From positions 26,908,001 to 26,972,000 of the forward strand of contig OX597832.1 of the NCBI GenBank assembly GCA_951406725.2: 64,000 bases of DNA, read 5' to 3'. Positions 51,289 through 63,696 of this stretch are shown one piece after another. The notes below the pieces were generated by a model that was given only the letters and a program-made list of their open reading frames with translations, was not told the DNA's origin and did not search any database. Source of the DNA: Octopus vulgaris (lineage: Eukaryota). The translations under genes were made by a program, and so were the position numbers. The stretch's first letter is position 1. Every line of letters starts with the position of its first letter.

Positions 51289-51541
51289 TGTTTTATAAGC
51301 CTCTCAGGTACTCAAACACACAATAAAAACACTTATTTACACACACACACACACATGCATCCTTAACTTTTACACACAGTAAAACACTTACACACACACA
51401 CACAGACACAAACAGTTAGACAAACCTGGTTGAATTTGTATAGCACAGACATGGTGTAGAGTTTACAAATGAGCAACTCCTCGTTGGATCAACTTTGAAC
51501 AAACACATATTGAGTACTTCTTTGAACAGCATGAATATACA

Positions 51542-51580
<39 letters not shown>

Positions 51581-51912
51581 GAGAGTGGGGGTAGGGAGAG
51601 TGGAGGGCATGTAATCTGGTGGGTAGGGTGTCTGGCTTATGATCATAATGTCATGGGTTCAATTCTTAGAGTGGGCAGCACATTGTATCCTTGAGCAAGG
51701 CACATCATTTCACACTGCTTCCAGTTTACTCAGCCAAGAAAAGGAGTACCAGCCAACTGCTGGAACAGCCGGCTCCTCTTCCTGGGTGCACCAGTGGGTC
51801 AAAGGGCAGACGAACCAAGAGGGCTCCTATAACCCCTTCTCACAAAACAGGCATCTAAAACAATTGGCAGAGGAGTATCCCCAAATCATACTCATTCATC
51901 ACTGACAGCTGG

Positions 51913-51945
<33 letters not shown>

Positions 51946-51946
51946 T

Positions 51947-51989
<43 letters not shown>

Positions 51990-51997
51990 AATATATG

Positions 51998-52047
<50 letters not shown>

Positions 52048-52048
52048 C

Positions 52049-52115
<67 letters not shown>

Positions 52116-52127
52116 CATAAATATATG

Positions 52128-52235
<108 letters not shown>

Positions 52236-52550
52236 CATATATATATATGCATATACACGTGTGTGTTTGTGTAATTAGTTGACAGAAAGTGCGAGTAGGA
52301 TAGAGATAATGCTAAAGTGTGTATGCGTGTGTGTGAATGGAACCAATTCCTGCCAAACTACTAAAGCTGTCTAATTGACACAGGAAATGTAACAAGGATA
52401 ATTAATTAATTAGACATGGATATGTAAAAGGTATTTAAATAAGAGTGGCAGGGAGAGGGAGAGACAGATGTCGGAGGAGTGGATGCTTGGGAGTGGATGA
52501 ACGAAAGTGGAATTTACCTTGTGGCACATTGACGTTTGTCAGTTGTTCTT

Positions 52551-52606
<56 letters not shown>

Positions 52607-52667
52607 TACACATATATATACACACACACAAACACATATATACACACACACACATATACACACACAC

Positions 52668-52707
<40 letters not shown>

Positions 52708-53780
52708 ATATATATAAATGTGTGTGTGGGTGTGTGCATAATCTATATCTATATTCATGTATGCCTTTTCAATGTACAAACATGTAGATGTTTGTATCCA
52801 ACAGGAATAAAAAGAAGTAGAGATGGATAAAAGGATTATCCACCCCCACACACACACAGACCCATATACAAACACACTCAATTCACACACCCAGGAAAAA
52901 AAATCCCAAAGAACTCAAATACAACCACAAATGAAAACATGTTCCTTTACATACCAATGTTCATAAACACACACACACACACACACACGCACAACATCAA
53001 TATATGAAAACAAATAATTGACTATATAATGACTATGTTATATGCAGACGATGAACTATACATACATACACACATACATATAACTATACACACATACACA
53101 TATATATATACACACATAAATATATGTTGTTGGTCCTGTTAAAGAGAACTAAAACTCAGGACTGGTTTGTATATCTGGTCTGATGCAGTGAGAACTGGTT
53201 ACTGAGACCTAACCATACCAAGAATCACGTTTCATGTGTAGTAGGGTACACAAGGAAAGCTGGGGGAAGCATTTAGGGTACTGGTACCTGTAGCTTTGCA
53301 TGATAAATGCTTCTCCCCAGAAGTAACAGATTTTTTGCGGGGGGTTTTTCCGTCTTATTTTGTTTTAGCTGTGTGGGTATTGGTGTGAGCTAGTCTGCAC
53401 CGGTTGTGTTAGTTCTGGGGCCAGAAGCTCCCAGAAGTGAACCCAAAAGGTGAGTCTTTTACAGATGATTTTAGGCAGGTCTTCAACTTCTTCTTTTGGA
53501 TGTCCTGCCACACGAGTGTGCCCTTCCCTGGCAGAGCTTTCAATGAGAAGTTGATTTGAGATGCAGTGACCGGTCTTAGAAGCTGCCTAATAAGTCATAA
53601 GTACAATAGGGGTGTATTTCTTGAGTTAAATTATCAGGCCATGTGACTGACAGAAGCTCTTTCATTGGTCCAAATTAACTGAAAAACAGTGATTATGTAA
53701 GGAATGATTACTAGGTCATGTGATTGATACAAACTCTTTCATTGGTCCAAATTTATTGTAAAACAGAAAACAGTGTGAGA

Positions 53781-54144
53781 CTAGCACTATGACCCGGTGT
53801 TGCCAGGTCATAGTGCTAGTGCATGCATATACAGCTGTGTGCATGCGCACATACACGCAAGTATTGTCCAAATCTCCAACCAATCACATACAGCTAGCTG
53901 GCATTCAATTGGCGTATCAAGTTTCGGCCATTTTGATTGGGTTTTGGACAGAAAATTCACAAAAGAGTCACTTCTATTGATTTTTTAATGGCTTTGCGGG
54001 GTTACTGGGGAAATGTAAAGATGTGCACAACCACCCTTGGACAGTTTTGAATGACCATAGAAAGTGCGAGCCCTCTAACTGAAAAATTGTGGATTTGTAT
54101 AAAGGATACACATGCAGACATTTTGCCGTTTATATATATAGAGA
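53781..54144 (-). mobile_element. Non-autonomous Helitron (same 5' end as 32784 and the fragment at ~58989)
   Basis: 5' A|TCTCTATATATATAAACGGCA; 3' hairpin ending CTAG|T. Confidence 0.78.
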
Positions 54145-56063
54145 TAATATAACCAGGTTGTGACAAACAGCAGCTCTCCCAGAGGTTGAAATTATCTCCA
54201 TGATATTATCTCCATGTGTCTTACACATGACCACATGAAATTCAAACACTTCTTTATTAGTGCTCAAACTGACCCACTGGTTAGTCTGAGGCCATGTGAT
54301 CACTACTGAAATCATGTGACTGACAAAGAAGTCCTACCATTGGTTTGTATTGGGATAGTGGAAGTCAAGGGTGATGTAGAATGGAGGAGACGAGAGGTAG
54401 TTAGATAAAATATTAATAGGTTAATAATAATAATAAAACAACAAGAACAACAACAAAACAGTAAATATGAAAGTATAAAAAGGTGGTGTTAGTCAAAACA
54501 GCAGAATGTTGTGTCCAGTGGTCAATAGGCTTCACACCATGCACAAGACAGCAGCCATGCACTCTGGACAAGATCTGTAGCAGCGATTGGTCAGAAAATG
54601 GGTCAGCTTCATTGAGATGATGGTGATGATGACAATGATGATGATGATGCAAACGATGATGGTGGTGATGATGATGATAGTGATAATGACAATGATGATG
54701 ATGAGGGTAGTAATAGTGATATGATGGTTACCATTTAATCCCAGGTCTGCCTGTTCTGGCTAAGCAAACCAATAATCAAAGACATTCCAGCTGTGACCAT
54801 CCTATCTTTTTATTTGGGCACAGTGTACCCCAGACTACATTGTCCAATGTGTCCAAGATGTTCAGTATGATAAGGAGATTTGGCTGCATTTCTAGCAGAT
54901 CAAGCAGCTATGTAAAGGTTCCCTTTGTTTTGGTTCACTGTAGTGGTGATGGCCATGGTAAGAATGGCAGCATTGATGGTGAAAGTGTGTTCGTAATGTG
55001 GGTGGTGAGAGATAGGAAAATGATGGTGAAGGTGGGAACAATGGTTGTAAGGATGGTGATGATGATGATACCAATTAGGATGGTATTAATTATGGCAGAG
55101 GAGAAGAGGAGGATGCTGAGAATGATAATGGTGATGATGATGATGAAAGACAATGATGATAATGATAGTGATGATGATGGTACTTGAGGAAAATAATTTG
55201 TCAAATCCTTACAAACTGATCAGATTCCTCAACATCCTATTCCTATCATTCAAACAATTCCAAAATTCACAGACCCCAAAATCCAGGCCATTTCAACACC
55301 GTAGATTAAACTTCCAGACTGTCTTGGTATCAGTGTTGAAAGCAATCCAGAAACGCCCCTCACAACATTCTCAAGAACAGCCTGAGATTGAACTTGAGTT
55401 CTTTGAACACAGAGTTATGTTAGCTAAATTGATCATCATTCTAAGAACCACGTGGGTTTTTAGAGATTCAGTATCAATTAAAAAAAAAAAAAGCTTGCTT
55501 GTCTAGTTTTTAATGGATGATGAGAAGAACTCCTTCTACCTTCACCTGAATGTGACACTAGTCTACCACAGATTAACTTCTCCATAAAAGCCTGTTACCT
55601 AAATCCACATGGCCAGGCGAACAGAGACAATACAGAATTACATGCTACATAAAACACTGATATTTAAATCTAATTAAGCAGATAAGACATGATAAAGTTA
55701 CTCTGCGTCACTCCTCTACATATCCTGATGAGGTCACTAGGGTCATAGCAAGTGATATTCTCCAGAAAGTTCTGGCATCTAGTCCTCATTAGTCAAATGT
55801 ATCGAGGTAAGTGTAGAATATAGAAAGTCTGTTGTGGTACCAGCAATGCAACAGTGTACCTGCCGATGATTTGAACTCATGACTCACCATCTGGTAATCT
55901 AATATCTCTCATCACTCGATCATTTTCTTGTCAAAGGACATGTCAAAATTGCCAGGAATTTTTCTTCCTCATGATTAGCCAAACTTACTGACGCTAACTC
56001 TCTACGATTTTAACCCTTTAGGATTCAGATTACTCTAACAAATCTAATGCTTGTTTATTCATA

Positions 56064-56512
56064 TTGTTTTGAATTAATCCTGCATTATCTCATAGCTTTG
56101 AGATTTCAATGATGTGATTGTTTATTTTTAGAATGACATTGTAGGTTAGGTGTGAGAGGCTGGATCTGGCCTTGTTTTGAATTAATCCTGTATTATCTCA
56201 TAGCTTTGAGACTTCAATGATGTGATTGTTTATTTTTAGAATGACATTGTAGGGTAGGTGTGAGAGGTGGGATCTGGCCTTGTTTTGAATAAATCCTGCA
56301 TTATCTCATAGCTTTGAGATTTCAATGATGTGATTGTTTTTATTTTTAAGAATGACCTTGTAGGGTAGGTTTGAGAGGTGGGATCTGGCCTTGTTTTGAA
56401 TTAATCCTGCATTATCACATAGCTTTGAGATTTCAATGATGTGATTGTTTACTTTTAGAATGACATTGTAGGGTAGGTGTGAGAGGCGGGATCTGGCCTT
56501 GCTTTGAATTAA
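56064..56512. repeat. ~107-110-bp tandem repeat (4 copies) inside a piggyBac-like MITE
   Basis: TTGTTTTGAATTAATCCTGCATTATCTCATAGCTTTGAGA...GTGAGAGG-GGATCTGGCC repeated four times. Confidence 0.88.
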
Positions 56513-57444
56513 TGACAGAAACAAGTGTAAGAATGAATACCTCAAAGAGCATTCAAAACGTCTTGCTACTTTCTTGCATTTTCATATCCTCATTTGCTAT
56601 TTACAGGTGGTGAGATGGCGGAATCGGTGGAACACTGGGCTAAATGCTTAGCGCTATTTTGTCCGTCCTTACGTTCTGAGTTCAAATTCCATCAAGGTCA
56701 ACTTTGCCGGTCATCCTTTCGGGGTTGATAAATTAGGCACGAGTTGAACACTAGGGTCAATGTAATCAACTTAACCCGCCACCCCACAAATTGCTGGCCT
56801 TGTGCCAAAATCTGAAGCCAATATTCTCCTTAGCTGTACCGATCCAGAATCTATCCGTTAGTGAAGGAAGGGTTTCACATGGAGATGAAGCTAAAAATAA
56901 TGGGGGTCGGTTGGGAGGGGTAAAGATGTGAAGAACACAGGAGGGTGTTGGTGGCTTTTGTTTGTTTGTTTGTTGATGTTGTTTAGCCCCAGGTCAGCCA
57001 TGATGAAGCAGGATCACTAATGGTTAAAAATGAGTATGATTTAAGGGATGTTTAGTCGCTACTTCTAGCAGAAGGACCAGCCACATAAAGACTCAGACTC
57101 TCCTTGGAGGAGATGTGGGGAAAACTAGAGGAGAATAACAACAACAAAGAAAAAAAAAGGGTTCACAGCAGATTGTGAAGAAACGGTCAGAAAGAAAGAA
57201 AGAAAAAAAATAAATGGAAAAAAAAGAACAAAATTAAACAAACCAAACTAAAAAATAAATAAAAAAAAACAACGAAAAACAAAAACCATTCAACAAACAG
57301 AAAAACAAAACAGAATGCTCAGCTGGGTCACATATGTATATATATATATATATATATACGTATATATATGTGTGTATATATATATATACACATATATATG
57401 TATATATATATACACATATATGTATATATATATATATACATATA

Positions 57445-57484
<40 letters not shown>

Positions 57485-57571
57485 TATAACATATATATAT
57501 ATATATATACACATATATATGTATATATATATACACATATATGTATATATATATATATACATATATATATG

Positions 57572-57603
<32 letters not shown>

Positions 57604-57639
57604 TATGTATACACATATATATATATATATATACACATA

Positions 57640-57715
<76 letters not shown>

Positions 57716-57804
57716 TACACACACATGTATATGTATATACATGTGTGTATATTGGTGGGGCATGAGTGCTTCTGTTATTGCTTCATTGTTAACCAAACAC
57801 GTAC

Positions 57805-57822
57805 CTGGCACTCGCAAGAAAT
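57805..57822 (-). CDS. CLIP4: Candidate 18-nt in-frame microexon (DFLRVP) in the CAP-Gly1/CAP-Gly2 linker
   Basis: TCTCTTATTTTTCTGCAG acceptor, CAG|GTACGT donor, phase 1->1 like the flanking exons, no stop. Not confirmed by transcripts. Confidence 0.5.
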
Positions 57823-57893
57823 CTGCAGAAAAATAAGAGACTCCGATGTAAATCATTGGATAAGTACACCTAGTCATCAACATTGTGTGTGTT

Positions 57894-57927
<34 letters not shown>

Positions 57928-60288
57928 GATGAGTTTATAGATATGTATACTGCAACATAATTACACAGACTTATAACACTTCCTACACGTTATACAATTA
58001 AATACACACACAGGTAAATGCATACACACACACATACACGTATACACACACACACACACACACAGAGGAGAATTAAGAAATGAAAGAAAGTAGCACTCAA
58101 TACATTTGAATGGAGTTATATGTATTTTCAATAACAGCTTCACTCAGCCCCACATGACTTGAAGATTCTTGTGCATGTAGGACACATTTACCCCATGAAA
58201 TGTTTGGACAGCTGTCTCCAAACATCTGACAAGGTGGACATGTCCTACATGATCACAAAACTTTAAGCAATGTGGAACTGAATCAAACAGCTATTAAATA
58301 TATACACACATGTACATAAACACATAGACCCACAAACATGTATATGTCCACATGTTTAAAAACCCATGAATACAAAATACACTTGGTTTACACATAATGT
58401 TGATTGATAAAGTCAGCTATGATCAATATCGTAAGGTCTAGCTTTAAGGAAAGGGACCCAGTGAACACCTTAAAATAGGGGACCAAACACACTCCCCGAG
58501 CTCAGACAATGGAAGCAAGAAAAGAAATCCAGCTATATTGCCCCTGCCCCCCGACCACTTTGTTCCCTAATATTTGGGGCTACATGTTGACAGTGCTGTC
58601 TCTTACCCAGGCACACTCACTCACAACTGATTTGCTGAAAAGCACAAGTAACAAGAGACACGAAAAGCAAGAATAAAAGCAACAGAAAGCAACGACAACA
58701 ACAACGATGATGATAGGAGTAGAAACACATTTTTCAGACATCAGATGTAGTTTGTTTCAAACTTCACACATTAGCAACAGAATTTGCAGTTAGAAAATAT
58801 CTAATACTAGCACTAGTCAAGTATATTTGGTCTTTCAGGACTGTCAAAACTTGGGTTAATCAGGAAGCTGTGGTATATAAAAAAAAAACTTGCTCAAGAT
58901 GCCACACTCTAGGATTGAATGGAGGACATCATGACTATGAAGGCAACTTCTTAACCATTCAGCCATCCATGCCTGCTCTATTCAATAATCTCTATATATA
59001 TAAACGGCAAAAAAGGTAACGATCCCGCTCGAATGGTGTTTTTAAAGTGCCATCGACTCGGAGGCCAGCTTGTTGCTCTGGCCCCGATCTCACTCGTATG
59101 GTACTCTTAGTGCTCCACTAGCACAGATGCCAGTCATTGACTTTTGTATGTTAATTTAATAGACAGGTACTTCAGCTAAATAACCATGATCAAAACCAAC
59201 AAGGCATACATGTACCTATATAATAATACAAATATAACAGTAAGCATTAAAGTGGTACCAATATTGTAGTGACTATTCAGTGGTACCAGCAGCTGAGGAC
59301 TAAATCAGGCATAGCATACAGACAACAGGGGTAACTGGCAGAACTGTTGGAGCATCAGAAAAATACTTTGTGGTATTTCTTCTGGGTCTTTATGTTCTGG
59401 GTTCAAATCCCACCAAGATTAACATTACCTTTTGGGGTGGGGTTGATAGAATAAAGTACCAGTCATGTAGAGGGTTTGATGGTATCAACTAAATTTCCCA
59501 TATCAAAATTTATGGCTTTGTGCCAAAATCAGTAATAAAATTCGAACTTATGTACTGACAATCAATGGTCTAACATATTGACAGCTAATGTGTACTTGTT
59601 TGAAACAAATGGAGAAAATAAGAAAGGAACAACAAAAGGAGTACTGTAATTATTTGCATCTAATATATGATCACGGGGTTTCTACAATGTTGACTTTTAC
59701 AACAGTCACACTTTTATGGCTTACACCAGTAAAAGTTCAAAAGGTCACTTTCAAATTTGCAATTTGTTTCATTTAGAATGCATGAACAGTTTATTCAATG
59801 TAATTTATATAGCAATTCTAATAAATCTGGCTAATCTTCTTTTTTGATACATCATAATACTAAAGAAAAGCCAGTGCATAATCATACACGAAGGAGAATT
59901 TCTCAAAGATTTTGTTGCCCTCTAATTGCAGGTACGCATTATACCTGAGTGCATATTATACACAAATAAATACAGTAAGAAGAAAATATACATCTTGGAT
60001 TTATTTCCACATAACGATATACAGACAGACACACAGACAGGTGCAATTCAATAAGTGATTTTTGTTATTTGTTCTTGAACTAAATAACCAAATATAGGCT
60101 TACTGGTTTGTTTGTGTTGATGTTTAGGCCAGGCCCCACCTGACCCAGCATACCTATGGTCAAAGACATATTTAAGACTACATTATCTGTGTGCTTTTGC
60201 TTGTTTTAAAGAGGTATATTTCACTGCTATTTCTAACAGACGTAATGACCCCCGTTTAGGTTTCCTCATTGATTGATTATCATGCAGA

Positions 60289-60326
<38 letters not shown>

Positions 60327-60337
60327 TAAGAGCTTAC

Positions 60338-60481
60338 CTGTGTCAACTTTGGCTGAAATATGAGATATGTCGACAGAAAGTGGACGTGGCGTTTTCAAGG
60401 GACTTCCGGCACAGCCGCTCGTGGACACTCGGACTGGTGAAGAGCCAAGTTTGGCAATCTTACTGACTGGAGCAAAGACTC
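60338..60481 (-). CDS. CLIP4: CLIP4 exon: (G)VFAPVSKIAKLGSSPVRVSTSGCAGSPLKTPRPLSVDISHISAKVDT(G)
   Basis: TTCTTACAG acceptor, G|GTAAGC donor, 144 nt (phase 1->1). GVFAPxxKI ends CAP-Gly 1. Confidence 0.94.
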
Positions 60482-61264
60482 CTGTAAGAAGACAGAAGAA
60501 GAGAATTGAGGGTCACTATGACGGCGGTGGTGGTGAGATAATAGACGATTAATAAAATATGATATTGATGTATATAGATACGGAGCCCTAGGGAGGGGAA
60601 ATGAGTGAGAGAATGACAAGGAGACAGAGAACAAGTAGGTTAGGGTTAATCAACCCTTTACCTGTCCAAAACCATTTTCATAAATTTGTCCTAAACATCC
60701 TTGCTTACTCTTTTACTCTTTTATTTGTTTCAGTCATTTGGCTGCATCCATGCTGGAGCACCGCTTTTAGTCAAAATGCTTAGCGGTATTTCGTCTGCTG
60801 TTACGTTCTGTGTTCGACTTTGCCTTTCATCATTTCAGGGTCAATAAATTAAGTACCAGTTATGTACTGGGGGTCGATATAATCGACTTAATCCGTTTGT
60901 CTGTCCTTGTTTGTCCCTTCTGTGTTTAGCCCCTTGTGGGTAGTAAAGAAATAGGTATTTTGTCTGCCACTATGTTCTGAGTTCAAATTCTGGCGAGGTC
61001 GACTTTGCCTTTCATCCTTTCAGGGTCGATTAAATAAGTACCAGTTATGCACTGGGGTCGATGTGGGTAGTAAAGAAATAGGTATGAAATAAAGGAGTAG
61101 AAGAGGGAGAGGACGAGGATTAAAGAGATTAATGAGTGTAGATTGATGGTATGGAGAGTGATGGAGGTGAGAGAAACAGAAGCCATTGCAAGTGGAGAAG
61201 AAGAGAGACAAGATGAGGATGTAAGGTTGAAGGGAAGGGGCCACACCCTTTGCAGAATACATAC

Positions 61265-61400
61265 CATGATTCGATGCACAGCGAAAATACATGATGCCAC
61301 CAACGCTACCATCGTTTTTACCGATGGGTTCATCAAGTTCAATTCCAGCCCAAATACCAGCAGCAAATTCTGTGGGACCGCAGTACCGAAGATAACCGCT
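61265..61400 (-). CDS. CLIP4: CAP-Gly domain 1 exon: SGYLRYCGPTEFAAGIWAGIELDEPIGKNDGSVGGIMYFRCASNH(G)
   Basis: CAACAG acceptor, G|GTATGT donor, 136 nt (phase 0->1). GKNDG CAP-Gly motif. Confidence 0.96.
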
Positions 61401-61981
61401 CTGTTGCAACGGATAAATAAATATAAATATAAATATAAAATAAGTATAAAATAAAAAATATATATAATAAATATAAATATAAAATATATATAATATATAA
61501 TAAAATAAATATATAAATATAAAATATATATAATAAATATAAATATAAAATATATATAATATATAATAAAATAAATATAAAAATATGAAAATACATAATG
61601 GCTTCTAATATAGGCACAGGGGTACAAATTTGGAAGGGTGAAGGGGGTTAGTTGTTTACAGTGACCCTAGAATTTCACTGGTACTTTATTTTATTGTGGG
61701 TGACAGGTAAAATTGAGGTATGAGTGTAGGTGTGTGTATATATGTAGGTGTAGGTATGGGTAAGTATATGTGTATATATCCATCTGAGAGTGTGTATGTG
61801 TGTGCAAAGATGTGTGTATCTATCCGTGTGTGTGTGAGTGTGTGTGTATGTGTGTGGATGCGTGAATAAATATCTATGTAGACGACAGGTTCAAGCACCA
61901 TAACAACTTTAAACAAAAAGACTGGGATAGGAGCAGGTAAAAAGTGTAAGGGTGATGTTGTAGTCCTTATGATAAACCCAC

Positions 61982-62181
61982 CTTAGTACCATTGATCACC
62001 ACTTTATCCCCCAATCTCAAGCCCATAGCCTGAAGTGTCACTCGGCTCTGAGTTGGGTCAAATATCGGCGAGCAAGTGTTTGGGCTGACTGGACCAGCTT
62101 CTGGCATCATCTTGCGGATTTTCGCTGCTAATTTACCCATTTCAGAGTCTTCTGGAAAGTTCTTGGGGTCAGGAACACAAT
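61982..62181 (-). CDS. CLIP4: CLIP4/CLIP3-like exon (post-ankyrin linker and start of CAP-Gly 1): CVPDPKNFPEDSEMGKLAAKIRKMMPEAGPVSPNTCSPIFDPTQSRVTLQAMGLRLGDKVVINGTK
   Basis: GTCTAG acceptor, AAG|GTGGGT donor, 200 nt (phase 1->0). VPDP...LxAxGLRLGDxV resembles CLIP3/4 as recalled. Upstream exons lie outside the window. Confidence 0.88.
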
Positions 62182-62241
62182 CTAGACAGCAATGGAATCA
62201 AAAACACAGTCAAAGAATGCAACAAAAAAACTCAGTATACA

Positions 62242-62317
<76 letters not shown>

Positions 62318-62320
<3 letters not shown>

Positions 62321-62563
62321 GTGGAAATGGCCCAGAAGTAAATCTAAGACATTTTAATTTAGAAAGAAATTAATAAAATGATTTTTAAAAATATGTATAG
62401 AAAATAGAAAATATAACAAGTTTCAGTGATGAATTCCATCTTATCAAATTCATTATCAAAACTTATTATATTTTATATTTCCTATACATATTTTTAAAAC
62501 CATTTTATTAATTTCTTTCTAAATTAAAATGTCTTAGATTTACTTCTGTACCTTTTCCACCTC
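62318..62563. repeat. Imperfect long hairpin, ~115-bp arms
   Basis: CAGAAGTAAATCTAAGACATTTTAATTTAGAAAGAAATTAATAAAATG has its reverse complement at 62501-62548. Confidence 0.9.
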
Positions 62564-62640
62564 CATCTTTTATATACAAAAATTTGATTTGTATAGATCT
62601 CTAATCTTTTTTCAACTATGTAAATATATATATATATATA

Positions 62641-62806
62641 TATATTATATCAAATTAGAGACAAAACCACTATTATGCAAATCAAACAAAGAAAGACTTA
62701 AGCCAATACATAAAATAATTTATATAAATTATTTTATGTATTGGCTTAAGTCTTTCTTTGTTTGATTTGCATAATAGTGGTTTTGTCTCTAATTTGATAT
62801 AATATA
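62641..62806. repeat. Perfect 166-bp palindrome with no spacer
   Basis: Symmetry centre between 62723 and 62724 (AATTTAT|ATAAATT); arms match out to 62641/62806. Confidence 0.93.
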
Positions 62807-62881
62807 ATATTTTACTATAAAATTGGATTCAATCTTAAATCTGATTTTTCCTTATAAATTTGGATTTATTCCCTAATATTT

Positions 62882-62912
<31 letters not shown>

Positions 62913-63696
62913 GTACATACAAACATATATATAGAGAGAGATAGAGATAGAGAGGAGAGAGAGAGGAAGGAAAGAGAGGGAGAGGAAAGGAGAGACAGAC
63001 AGACAGATATATGTAGACATACATTAATGTTTGTTTCTATGTGAAGTTATATATAAAAGCAATTTAACATTAAACTGAAAGCTTATTCAATACTTTTGAA
63101 GTATAAAATATATTTTATTAATTTTTACAAGAAAAAGGCTGACAGTGACTTCAGAGTTTTGGCACAAGCATTGTGGGATATTACAAGAGATAAAAACTGT
63201 TTTGATAGGGCCAAAACAATGCCCTATAAAATGCAAGGTGAACTACAAAAGTAAAAATAGAGCAATATTTTGGGTTTATGTCTCTTTCCTCAAAACATTT
63301 CTCCAAGTACTCTGAAGAAGGGGTCATAACCCCAAAAATATTGAAATATGAGGTACACTTATTCTCTCTCTCTCTCTTCCTCTAACCGCTATGAGGGCAA
63401 GATCATCAGCATATAGTAGTTCCCAAGGGCTGCTGGTCTTGAATTCCTCTGTTATGGCTGGAGGACAATGATGAAAAGGAGGGCGCTAAGGACTGAGCCT
63501 TGATGAACCCCTACCTGTACACCAAATTCTTCACTGTACTTGTGGTTATATTACAAGGCAGCAAGCTGGCGGAATCATTACCATACTGGATAGAATGCTT
63601 TGCAGTGCTTCTTCTGTCTTTATGTTCTGAGTTCAAATATCGCCAAAGGTTCATTTTGCTTTTCATCCTTTCGGGGTCAATAAAATAATTACCAAT

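Noticed and set aside
51426-51492. 67-nt candidate CLIP4 exon (AAG...CAG|GTTTGT)
   Set aside because: Frame-shifting, weak acceptor, and no compensating stop-free partner exon found.
53140-53600. Possible DNA-transposase C-terminal remnant on the minus strand
   Set aside because: Too degenerate (stops, no intact motif) to assign by eye.
55724-55770. CTGATGAG plus a stem as a hammerhead
   Set aside because: No GAAA directly after the stem and no stems I/III.
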